Shown piece by piece: positions 18,403 through 25,863 of a stretch of DNA of 64,000 nucleotides. The notes under the pieces are model-generated. The model ran no database searches, was not told where the DNA came from, and saw only the letters and a list, made by a program, of their open reading frames with translations. This DNA is from an uncultured Acidobacteriota bacterium. Its GTDB lineage: Bacteria > Acidobacteriota > Vicinamibacteria > Vicinamibacterales > 2-12-FULL-66-21. The stretch lies in assembly GCA_963762995.1 (NCBI GenBank), contig CAVXMQ010000018.1:418481-482480 (forward strand), given 5' to 3'. Position numbers and translations under genes: made by a program. Positions within the stretch are counted from its first letter, which is position 1. Each line of letters starts with the position of its first letter.

Positions 18403-19327
18403 ATGTCCCATGAGGACGCTGCCGCCAGTTCGTTCGTTCCGCCCGTCAGTTCTCCCCGCTCGCACACCTCCACCGATCAGTGGCAGAGCTTCGAGATGCG
18501 CATGCGCCGTCGTCGCGCGGAGCGATGTGCGTTGCGCGCGGAAGTTGCGCTCGAGGCCGGCTTCCCCGATGACGCGCGAGAGGCGCTCGACGAAGCCCGC
18601 CGCCTCGACGCCTCCATCGTTGAGTTCGACGTCCTTCAAGCTCTCGTCGCGGAGCGCCAGGCCGCGTTGGGTCGGGACCAGCGGGCGCGCCGCATCCGTC
18701 GCGTGAGTGTCGCGGCCGTACTGCTTCTCGCGGTTACGGGGACAGGGGTCTGGCTCGACGCGCTCCCGGTTCCAGGTTCCAGGTTCCCGGTTCCCACCTC
18801 CGCGCTCACGCGCTACGGCGGGCCAAGCCGAAGCCCCGAGTCCCGAGCCCCCGACCTCCGCGCTGAAGCGCTACGAAGGAAGAGCCCCGAATCCCGGGAA
18901 CCGGGAACCGGGAACCTGGAACCGAGAGCGCGAGGAGCTGCCCTCGCTCCCGAGCGCGACTGTCTTGACGCACGTCACGCTGCCCGCTGTCTCGAGTCCC
19001 GAGCCACCATTGCCGGCGGTCGCGCAGCCACTGAACGAAGGGCCGCCGGGGTCGGTGGACGAAGGCCCCCGGGTGCGCACCGCGCTCGCTCGCTACGAGG
19101 CGGCCTACTCCACACTGAGCGTGTCGGCCACGCAAGAGCTGCAGCGGCTGTCGCTGGGCCAGTGCACCGTCGCGATCGATGGTGCGGCCGCACGAGCCGA
19201 GTGCAATGGCACCGCGACATGGACGCCCAAGATTGGCGGCGGCTCGCGCACGGAATCGCGCAACTGGCGATTCGAGCTGAAGAACGCCGGCGGCGAATGG
19301 CAGGTCGTCCGCGCCGAAGCGCGTTAG
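18403..19327 (+). pseudogene. Membrane-anchored protein with low-complexity linker and C-terminal globular (possibly NTF2-like) domain, one frame break inside a repeat element
   Basis: The frame of ORF 18403.. is convincing up to the TM segment VSVAAVLLLAVTGTGVWL. The frame of ORF 18707..19327 is convincing from ELPSLPSATV to the stop (ALARYEAAYSTL...WRFELKNAGGEWQVV). The switch lies between 18797 and 18855. Confidence 0.55.
18768..18923. repeat. Heptamer-word inverted-repeat element (GGTTCCA/GGTTCCC arms) embedded in a coding region
   Basis: Left arm ggttccaggttccaggttcccggttccc (18768-18795). The reverse complement of the right arm (18896-18923) is ggttccaggttcccggttcccggttccc: 27/28. Interior has two direct copies of cctccgcgct(ca/ga)(c/a)gcgctacg and NCCCGAG words. 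Confidence 0.75.
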
Positions 19328-19358
19328 AAGCTGACGGCCGTCATCACGAGCCCGAACA

Positions 19359-19375
19359 GCAGAGGTCGCCTCTGC
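19359..19375 (+). terminator. Hairpin GCAGAGG-TCG-CCTCTGC after the 18403..19327 gene
   Basis: Perfect 7-bp stem 32 nt after the stop. No clear U-tract follows, so function is uncertain. Confidence 0.3.
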
Positions 19376-19378
19376 GAG

Positions 19379-20455
19379 TTGGGCGTGTTAGAATTGAGTC
19401 CTCCAGCGGAACACACTTTGAGTAATCTCCTTCGCCACTCTCATCGGCGCCTGCGTGAGCTTTGTCTGCTCGTCCTCCTGCTGGCGACGACGAGCGGCTG
19501 CGCCAGCCACTACCGCCTCGCCCCGGCCGCCGCCGCGTTGTCCGATGCGTCGTTCGGCGTCAGCTGGCTCACCCCCTCCCTGGAAACCGATGCTCGAACG
19601 CTTGCCCGGTGGCGAGCCGGCGTCGGTCAACCCCTGGTGGCCTCGAGTAGCCGGGCTGCGGCTCCCGAGTCGATCGAGGGCCTGACGATCGTCAGCTGGA
19701 ACATCGCGCTGGGAGCTGGCGACGTCGCCGAGCTGTTCAAGCGACTCCAGCAAGCCCGGCCGAATCACGCCGTGGTGCTGTTGCTCCAGGAAGCGTTTCG
19801 CGCCGGCGAGGATGTGCCGCGCACCCCGATGAACGCCGCGTTTGCGGGAAGGCTTCGGTGCGCCTCGGGCCGCGAGATCGACGACCTCGCGCGGGCGCTC
19901 GACCTGTGGATGTACTACGTGCCGTCGATGCGCAACGGCGCGCCGGGAATCTCAGACGAGGACCGCGGCAATGCGATCCTCTCGACCATACCACTCGAAG
20001 ATCTCGTCGCAATCGAGCTGCCCTTCGAGCGGCAGCGCCGCGTGGCGGTCGCGGCCACGGTGCGCGGACGAACCGGCGAGGGAGAACCGTGGAAGCTCCG
20101 CGTCGCCAGCGTGCACCTCGACAACATGGCCGGCCTGAGCCGCGGGTGGATCGGCGGCGAGTACGCCCGCGTGCGGCAGGCCCGGGGACTTCGAGAAGCC
20201 CTCGGCGGATCGGATCCGCTGGTGCTCGCCGGCGACTTCAACACCTGGTTTGGCTTCACCGACGCCGCCTACGTGGAAACCGCCCGCGCCTTTCCCCAGA
20301 CCCGCGTGAGCGACCAGCGCCGGACCTTCCTCGGCCTCATGCGTCTAGACCACGTCTTCTACCGCTTACCGGCGAGTTGGCGCACGGACGTCCGCCGCGC
20401 CGACACCGCCCACGGCTCCGACCACCACCCGCTAATCACCACGATCGCGTTCTGA
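19379..20455 (+). CDS. Endonuclease/exonuclease/phosphatase (EEP) family protein, probable lipoprotein
   Basis: 358-aa ORF. LLLATTSGC lipobox-like N-terminus. EEP blocks IVSWNI, LLLQEA, LAGDFNTW, GSDHHPL. Exact start uncertain. Confidence 0.75.
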   Translation: MGVLELSPPAEHTLSNLLRHSHRRLRELCLLVLLLATTSGCASHYRLAPAAAALSDASFGVSWLTPSLETDARTLARWRAGVGQPLVASSSRAAAPESIEGLTIVSWNIALGAGDVAELFKRLQQARPNHAVVLLLQEAFRAGEDVPRTPMNAAFAGRLRCASGREIDDLARALDLWMYYVPSMRNGAPGISDEDRGNAILSTIPLEDLVAIELPFERQRRVAVAATVRGRTGEGEPWKLRVASVHLDNMAGLSRGWIGGEYARVRQARGLREALGGSDPLVLAGDFNTWFGFTDAAYVETARAFPQTRVSDQRRTFLGLMRLDHVFYRLPASWRTDVRRADTAHGSDHHPLITTIAF

Positions 20456-20485
20456 CGTACCTCGAGTTACCCGGGTGTCTCGGAC

Positions 20486-20730
20486 AGTGGGGTTGCTTGC
20501 GGCGGCTAGAAAACTAAGAACTACGAACTTAGAACTAAGAACGATCTTGTGGAACGCCTCGCGGCTGCGCCGCTCGGCATCGTTAGAGCCGGGTCTAAAG
20601 ACCCGGCACGACATCTCCACATTGGACCTAACTAAAGAGGGCCGACGCGCAGCGTCGGCCCTTCAACAAAATCGTTCTAAGTTCTTACTTCGTAGTTCTT
20701 AGTTTTCGAGTCCCCCCGAGCAACCCCACT
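20486..20730. mobile_element. MITE-like 245-bp element: about 60-nt terminal inverted repeats (AGTGGGGTTGCT.. head plus TAAGAAC words) around a 125-nt core
   Basis: Left 20486-20545 agtggggttgcttgcggcggctagaaaactaagaactacgaacttagaactaagaacgat versus reverse complement of right (20671-20730) agtggggttgctcggggggactcgaaaactaagaactacgaagtaagaacttagaacgat. The core holds a REP copy (20588-20607) and the hairpin gggccgacg-cgcag-cgtcggccc. No ORF. Lies between convergent genes. Confidence 0.65.
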
Positions 20731-20756
20731 CCCCAACAACGCCCGGCTCTCGCAAA

Positions 20757-21854
20757 TCACTTACAGCCCTGCGCGGACAGAATGCCGTCGAGCAGCTCGC
20801 GAAACTGCGTGCCTGAAACGCTGCGGTTCTGGGCCGGGGACCGTCTTGTGGACGACGACCATGTCGCGCTGCGGGAGAACCGTGATGTATTGGCCGACCG
20901 CTCCCTGTCCGGTATAGGCGCCGGCATACGGTCCGGTCGCCGCGGGTCCGTCCCAGATCCACCACAGGTAGCCATAACCGAATGGCCCCTTGCGGTGACG
21001 CTCCGGGTTCATCTGCGTGACGGGAGTCACGACGCTGGAGATGCGGCGCGCCCAGTCGCGGGGCACGATCTCCTGCCCGTTCCACTCGCCGTTGCGCAAC
21101 ATCACGTAGCCGATCCTCGCCATGTCGCGCGTGGAGAAGTTCATGTGATACGCCAGGTGGATCGACCTGGCCCGATCGCCACTGCGATTGTGCGAGGCGC
21201 GATCGAAGTCGCGCATGCCGATCGGGCGCGCCAGGTCCCTCTCGAGCGCGTCGTAAATGCCCTGCTTCGTCTCCTGTTCGAAGATCGTGCCGAGGGCATT
21301 GAAGTCCCAGTTGCTATAGAGGTAGTAGGTGCCGTGCTTCTGCGAGCCGCGCGGCGGCGCCGACGCGAGGTCGTCGCCGCGTTCGACGCTTCGTGATACA
21401 CGCCTGACCGCGCGCCGAGAAGATCCGCGATCGTCGCTTCCTTCTCTGACGGCAACAGCCCGCCGTGATCGTCGATCCCCAGCTCGGCGAGCGTCTTGTC
21501 CACCTTGATGGTGCCGTTCTTCACGTACTTCCCGAACAACATCGCCAGGACGCTCTTCCTCACCGAGGCCAGGTAGCTGACTGCCGTGACGTCACCGTAC
21601 TCATAGAGCACGCGGCCACCGACGATCGCCATGATGGCGGTCGTCGAGAACCCCTTCGCCCGCGCCGTCACGAGATCCAGCTTGTCAGCGCAATACCCGA
21701 CCGTCTTTGGATCGGCAATGCGCTCCCACTCCGCGCCGGGAAAAATTCCCGATGCTGTCCGCGTCGCGGCGACGGGCGTCGATGTCGGCTCATGGCTCGC
21801 GCAGGCCGCCGCGATGAGACCCGCGAGCAGAAGACCGGAGAGAAGCCGTTTCAT
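20757..21854 (-). pseudogene. Serine hydrolase (beta-lactamase/transpeptidase-like), two frame breaks (or assembly indels)
   Basis: ORF 21141..21854: signal/lipobox (LIAAACAS) and SxxK (SVRKS). Continues in the frame of ORF 20761..21216 (YYLYSNWDFNALG, GYGYLWW) after a one-base deficit near 21375-21385. The true C-terminus (NRSVSGTQFRELLDGILSAQGCK) is in the frame of ORF 20757..20975 after a surplus base in a C-run near 20836-20840. Confidence 0.8.
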
Positions 21855-21884
21855 GACATGGCATAATGATGCTTCTCCACGCTC

Positions 21885-24800
21885 ATGGCAATCTCCTCCG
21901 GCTCCCGAATTGGTCCGTACTCAGTGCTGAGCACGCTCGGACTGGGTGGGATGGGTGAGGTCTATCGCGCTCGCGATCCGCGCCTGGGGCGTGACGTTGC
22001 CGTCAAGCTGATTCGAAAATCCGCGCACGACCAGGAAGGCGCACTCGACCGGCTGCTTCGAGAAGCCACGCTCGCCTCCTCGCTCAACCATCCAAACATC
22101 GTCACGATCTACGACACCGGCGTCGTCGGCGCCGACCGTTACGTGGCCATGGAGCTCGTCGAGGGGACGACGCTTCGCAAGCTGGCGGCGAACGGGCTGC
22201 CGGTGGAGCGCGCCGTCCAGATTGGCCGGCAGGTCGCGGAAGCGCTCGCCGTCGCGCATGCCGCCGGGATCGTCCACCGCGACATCAAGCCCGAGAACAT
22301 CGTCGTCCGTCCCGACGGATACGTGAAGCTGCTCGACTTCGGCCTGGCGCGCCAGCACGAAGTGGCCGCGGCTTCCGCCACGTTGCCCGGCACCGGACCC
22401 GGCACCGATCCCGGAATGGTGATCGGCACGGTCGGCTACATGGCGCCCGAGCAGGCCCGCGGAGAGGTTGCGGCGCCTGAGGCCGACATCTTCGCGTTCG
22501 GCGCCGTCCTGTACGAGCTCTTCGCGGGGCGCCACCCCTTCATCTCCACGTCCCAGCTCGCGACGCTGCACGCGCTGATGTGGGAGACGCCGGAACCACC
22601 CGCGTTGCTGAATCCGGAGTTGCCGCGCACGCTCGATCAACTGGTGATCGAGATGCTGCAGAAGGATTCGCGCCTGCGACCGGGCGCGAGCGAAGTGCTG
22701 CTCCGCCTGGGCCTCGTGCACGACTCCACCGTGGCGGCGGCGCTGTCGTCGATCGCGGTCGTCCCGCGTACGCTCCACACCTCGCGCGCCGTCGTCGGGC
22801 GCGATAACGAGATGGAGGTCCTGTACCACGAGTTCGACCGCGCCAAGGGAGGCAAGAGCCGGCTGGTCATCGTCTCGGCAGAAGCCGGTGTCGGCAAGAC
22901 GACGCTGGTCGAGACGTTCGTGCGCTCGCTGGACGAGCATGGCGAGCCTGTACGCGTCGGCCGCGGTCGCTGCTCGGAGCGGCTCGCAGGCACGGAAGCC
23001 TATCTCCCGGTGCTCGAGGCGCTCGAAAGCCTGCAGAACCACGATCAGCTTGGCAGCATCACGCGGCTCATACGTGCGGTGGCGCCGAGTTGGTATGTGC
23101 AGATCACGCCACCGTCGAGCAACGACTCCTCTGCCGCGCGTCTCGTCGCGGAAACAGCGGGAGGTTCGCAGGAGCGCCTGAAGCGCGAAATCGCGGCCCT
23201 CCTCGAAGAAGCGGGCCGCGTGCAGCCGGTCATTCTGTGGTTCGACGACGTGCACTGGGCGGATGAATCGACGACCGACCTGCTGTCGTACCTCGCCCAA
23301 CGCACCGAAGGCACGCGTGTGTTGATCATCGTGACCTGCCGCGCCTCCGACCTGGCGCAGGCCCGTCACCCCTTCCTATCGGTGCGCCTCGAACTCCTCG
23401 CTCACGGAGCGTGCCGGGAATTGACACCGGGACCACTCGACGTGGCCGCGATCGATCGTTACGTTTCACTGCAGTTCCCCCAGCATGGGTTCCCGAGCGG
23501 CATCGCGGAATTGATCCACCGCCGCACCGAAGGGCATCCCCTGTTCGTCGCCGACTTGCTGCGCGAGCTCCGTCGGCGGCACGTGATCCGCCAACTGGAC
23601 GGGCGGTGGACGATGACGGGCGATCTCGCGGCGCTCGAGCGCGAGCTGCCGGCGTCGGTCAGGAGCCTGATCCAGCGCAAGATGGAGGCGCTCGACGATG
23701 TGGACCGCCGGCTCCTCGGAGCCGCGAGCGTGCAGGGTGCCGACTTCGACACGCTGGCGCTGGCCGGCGCCCTCGGCATGGGAGAAGAAGATGTCGAGTC
23801 GCGCCTCGAGCGGATCGAACGCGAGCACGCGCTCGTGCGCTTCGCCGAGGAAGAAGAAACTCGCAACCGCCTGCTGACGCTGCGCTATCGCTTCTCGCAC
23901 CAGGTCTACCAGAACGCCTTCTACGAATCGCTGCGCGTCACGCGGCGCGCAGCGTTCGCTCGCGCGATCGCCGAGCAACTGGTCGGGCGGATGGCCAGCG
24001 AGCCGTGCGAATGTGCGGCCAGCGTCGCGATCCTTTACGAGACCGCGCGCGAGAACATCAAGGCGGCGGAGTACTTCAACCACGCCGCGCAGGCGGCGGC
24101 GCGGCTTTACGCACACGACGAGACGGCCAAGCTGGCGCAGCGCGGCCTGAGCCTGCTGACATCGGAGCCACCGAGCCCGGCGAGGAACGCCGCCGAACTG
24201 TCCCTGCAGATGTCCTACGGCCTGGCGCTGAAGACGAGCCGCGGCTATGCCGTGCCGGAAGTGGGCGCCGCGTATGCGCGCGCCCGCGACCTGTGCCGCC
24301 AGGTGGACGATCCCGGGCGCGTCGTCCCCGTGCTCATGGGGCTCTCAGCGCATCACATCGTTTCGGGCGAGATCGAGACCTCGCGCGACGTGTCGCTCGA
24401 GATGGTCGATCTCTTCGCCCGCCTGGGCGATCCGAACCTGCAGATGCTCGGGAACTGGGCCATGGGGGCCGCGCTCTTCCATCTCGGCGAGCTCCAGGCG
24501 GCGCAAACGCACCTCACGCGTGCGTTGGAGATGTACGACCCGGCGTTCCACGGCCCCCGCGTCTGGGAAACCGGGATCGAGCCGGGCGTCTTCTCGCGCT
24601 GCGAGCTGTCGCGGATCCTGTTGTTGCGCGGCTATCCGGACCAGTGCCTGGCGATGATGAGCGAAGCGGTCGCGCAGGCGCGGGCGCTCGAACATCCGCA
24701 ACCGCTCGCCTTCGCGCTGATGTTCCTGTGTATTGCGCACCTTGGCCGTCGCGATCCCGCGTCGGTGCTCGCCACCTACGACGAGCTCGACCAGATTTGC

Positions 24801-25340
24801 CGCGCCCATGGCATCGCGCAGGAGCTGCAATGGGCGGGTCCGCTGCGCGGCCGTGCGCTCGTCGAGCTCGGCGATGTCGATCGCGGCCTGCGCGAGATGG
24901 AAGAGTCGCTCGCCGCCCACACCCTGACGCGATCGGCCCTGCTGCGTCCGTACTACTTTGTGCTCTACGCCGGCGCGTTAATCCGCGGCCAGCGCTTCCA
25001 GGATGCCTGGCGGGCACTCGACGAAGCGCAGGATGTGACTGAAGAAACCTCGCAACGCGCCTACACCTCCGAGCACCAGCGGCTGCGCGGCGAGGTGCAG
25101 GCGGCACTCGGCGATCCGGCGGCCGCGGAGGCGAGCTTCCTGAACGCGCTCCGCATCGCCCGCGAGCAGGGCGCCACCTGGCTCGAGTTGCGTGCCGCAC
25201 GCGGCTATGCCAATTACCTTGCGGCGCGCGGCCGCATTGAGGAGGCCCGAGCGATGCTCGCGCCCGTGGCCGCCTCGATTACCGAGGGGCACCGAACACT
25301 CGATTACCTCTATACCGACGCGCTGCTGAAGACCTTCTGA
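21885..25340 (+). CDS. Ser/Thr protein kinase fused to AAA/STAND-type ATPase and TPR-like repeats
   Basis: 1151-aa ORF. Kinase motifs GLGGMGEVY, VAVK, HRDIKPEN, DFG, GYMAPEQ. P-loop SAEAGVGKTTLV. Long helical-repeat C-terminus. Confidence 0.9.
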   Translation: MAISSGSRIGPYSVLSTLGLGGMGEVYRARDPRLGRDVAVKLIRKSAHDQEGALDRLLREATLASSLNHPNIVTIYDTGVVGADRYVAMELVEGTTLRKLAANGLPVERAVQIGRQVAEALAVAHAAGIVHRDIKPENIVVRPDGYVKLLDFGLARQHEVAAASATLPGTGPGTDPGMVIGTVGYMAPEQARGEVAAPEADIFAFGAVLYELFAGRHPFISTSQLATLHALMWETPEPPALLNPELPRTLDQLVIEMLQKDSRLRPGASEVLLRLGLVHDSTVAAALSSIAVVPRTLHTSRAVVGRDNEMEVLYHEFDRAKGGKSRLVIVSAEAGVGKTTLVETFVRSLDEHGEPVRVGRGRCSERLAGTEAYLPVLEALESLQNHDQLGSITRLIRAVAPSWYVQITPPSSNDSSAARLVAETAGGSQERLKREIAALLEEAGRVQPVILWFDDVHWADESTTDLLSYLAQRTEGTRVLIIVTCRASDLAQARHPFLSVRLELLAHGACRELTPGPLDVAAIDRYVSLQFPQHGFPSGIAELIHRRTEGHPLFVADLLRELRRRHVIRQLDGRWTMTGDLAALERELPASVRSLIQRKMEALDDVDRRLLGAASVQGADFDTLALAGALGMGEEDVESRLERIEREHALVRFAEEEETRNRLLTLRYRFSHQVYQNAFYESLRVTRRAAFARAIAEQLVGRMASEPCECAASVAILYETARENIKAAEYFNHAAQAAARLYAHDETAKLAQRGLSLLTSEPPSPARNAAELSLQMSYGLALKTSRGYAVPEVGAAYARARDLCRQVDDPGRVVPVLMGLSAHHIVSGEIETSRDVSLEMVDLFARLGDPNLQMLGNWAMGAALFHLGELQAAQTHLTRALEMYDPAFHGPRVWETGIEPGVFSRCELSRILLLRGYPDQCLAMMSEAVAQARALEHPQPLAFALMFLCIAHLGRRDPASVLATYDELDQICRAHGIAQELQWAGPLRGRALVELGDVDRGLREMEESLAAHTLTRSALLRPYYFVLYAGALIRGQRFQDAWRALDEAQDVTEETSQRAYTSEHQRLRGEVQAALGDPAAAEASFLNALRIAREQGATWLELRAARGYANYLAARGRIEEARAMLAPVAASITEGHRTLDYLYTDALLKTF

Positions 25341-25490
25341 CGTGCTACGTGCTACGGGCTGACGTGCGACGTGCTGACGTGCTCACGTGCTACGTGCATG
25401 ACGTGCTAACGTGCGACGTGCGACGTGCGACGTGCGACGTGCGACGTGCGAACGTGCGACGTGCGACGTGCGACGTGCGACGTGCGACGG
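25339..25490. repeat. Tandem array of GACGTGC(T) words (8-nt variants, then 5+1+5 near-perfect GTGCGAC heptamers)
   Basis: Starts inside the kinase stop codon. 25411-25488 is gtgcgac x5, gtgcgaac, gtgcgac x5. It is the reverse-complement word set of the 25725-25838 array. Confidence 0.9.
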
Positions 25491-25496
25491 AGAGTG

Positions 25497-25736
25497 ATGC
25501 CAGAACACGTGCTTGCGGTGCAGGTGGAGTGCTACGCCGGCTACATGGGCGAGCAGACCCCGCGTGTCATCCAGCTCGGCGAACAACGCATCCAGGTCGC
25601 CGAACTCCTCGACCAGTGGCTCGCCCCCACCCACCGCTACTTCAAGCTGCTCGGCAAAGACGGCCACACCTACATCGTCCGCCACGACACCGTGTCACAC
25701 GCCTGGGAGCTAACGATGTTCAGTCGCAGCACGTAA
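25497..25736 (+). CDS. Small hypothetical protein (79 aa) exactly filling the space between two inverted heptamer arrays
   Basis: ATG 25497 is preceded by GGAG (25489-25492). MPEHVLAVQVECYAGYMGEQTPRVIQLGEQRIQVAELLDQWLAPTHRYFKLLGKDGHTYIVRHDTVSHAWELTMFSRST is non-repetitive with balanced composition. The TAA lies in the first unit of the right array. Confidence 0.5.
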   Translation: MPEHVLAVQVECYAGYMGEQTPRVIQLGEQRIQVAELLDQWLAPTHRYFKLLGKDGHTYIVRHDTVSHAWELTMFSRST

Positions 25737-25838
25737 GCACGTCAGCACGGCACGTCAGCACAGCACGTCAGCACGTGAGCACGTCGCACGTGTGCACGTC
25801 AGCACGTGGCACGTCAGCACGTAGCACATAGCACGTTA
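25725..25838. repeat. Tandem array of (A)GCACGTC words, inverted relative to 25339-25490
   Basis: agcacgta agcacgtc agcacg gcacgtc agcac agcacgtc agcacgtg agcacgtc gcacgtgt gcacgtc agcacgtg gcacgtc agcacgt agcacat agcacgt. It ends about 14 nt before the GGAGG of the tricorn-like gene. Confidence 0.9.
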
Positions 25839-25863
25839 GAATGAGCCCTCCCCGGAGGTTTTG

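Noticed and set aside
18403-19425. 340-aa track ORF as a single protein
   Set aside because: After about 18850 its translation is Arg-rich off-frame sequence. The convincing C-terminal domain is in the frame of ORF 18707..19327.
25339-25490. Possible CRISPR array (regular short repeats)
   Set aside because: The units are 7-8 nt and directly tandem, with no spacers. No cas genes are nearby. This is a microsatellite-like array, not CRISPR.
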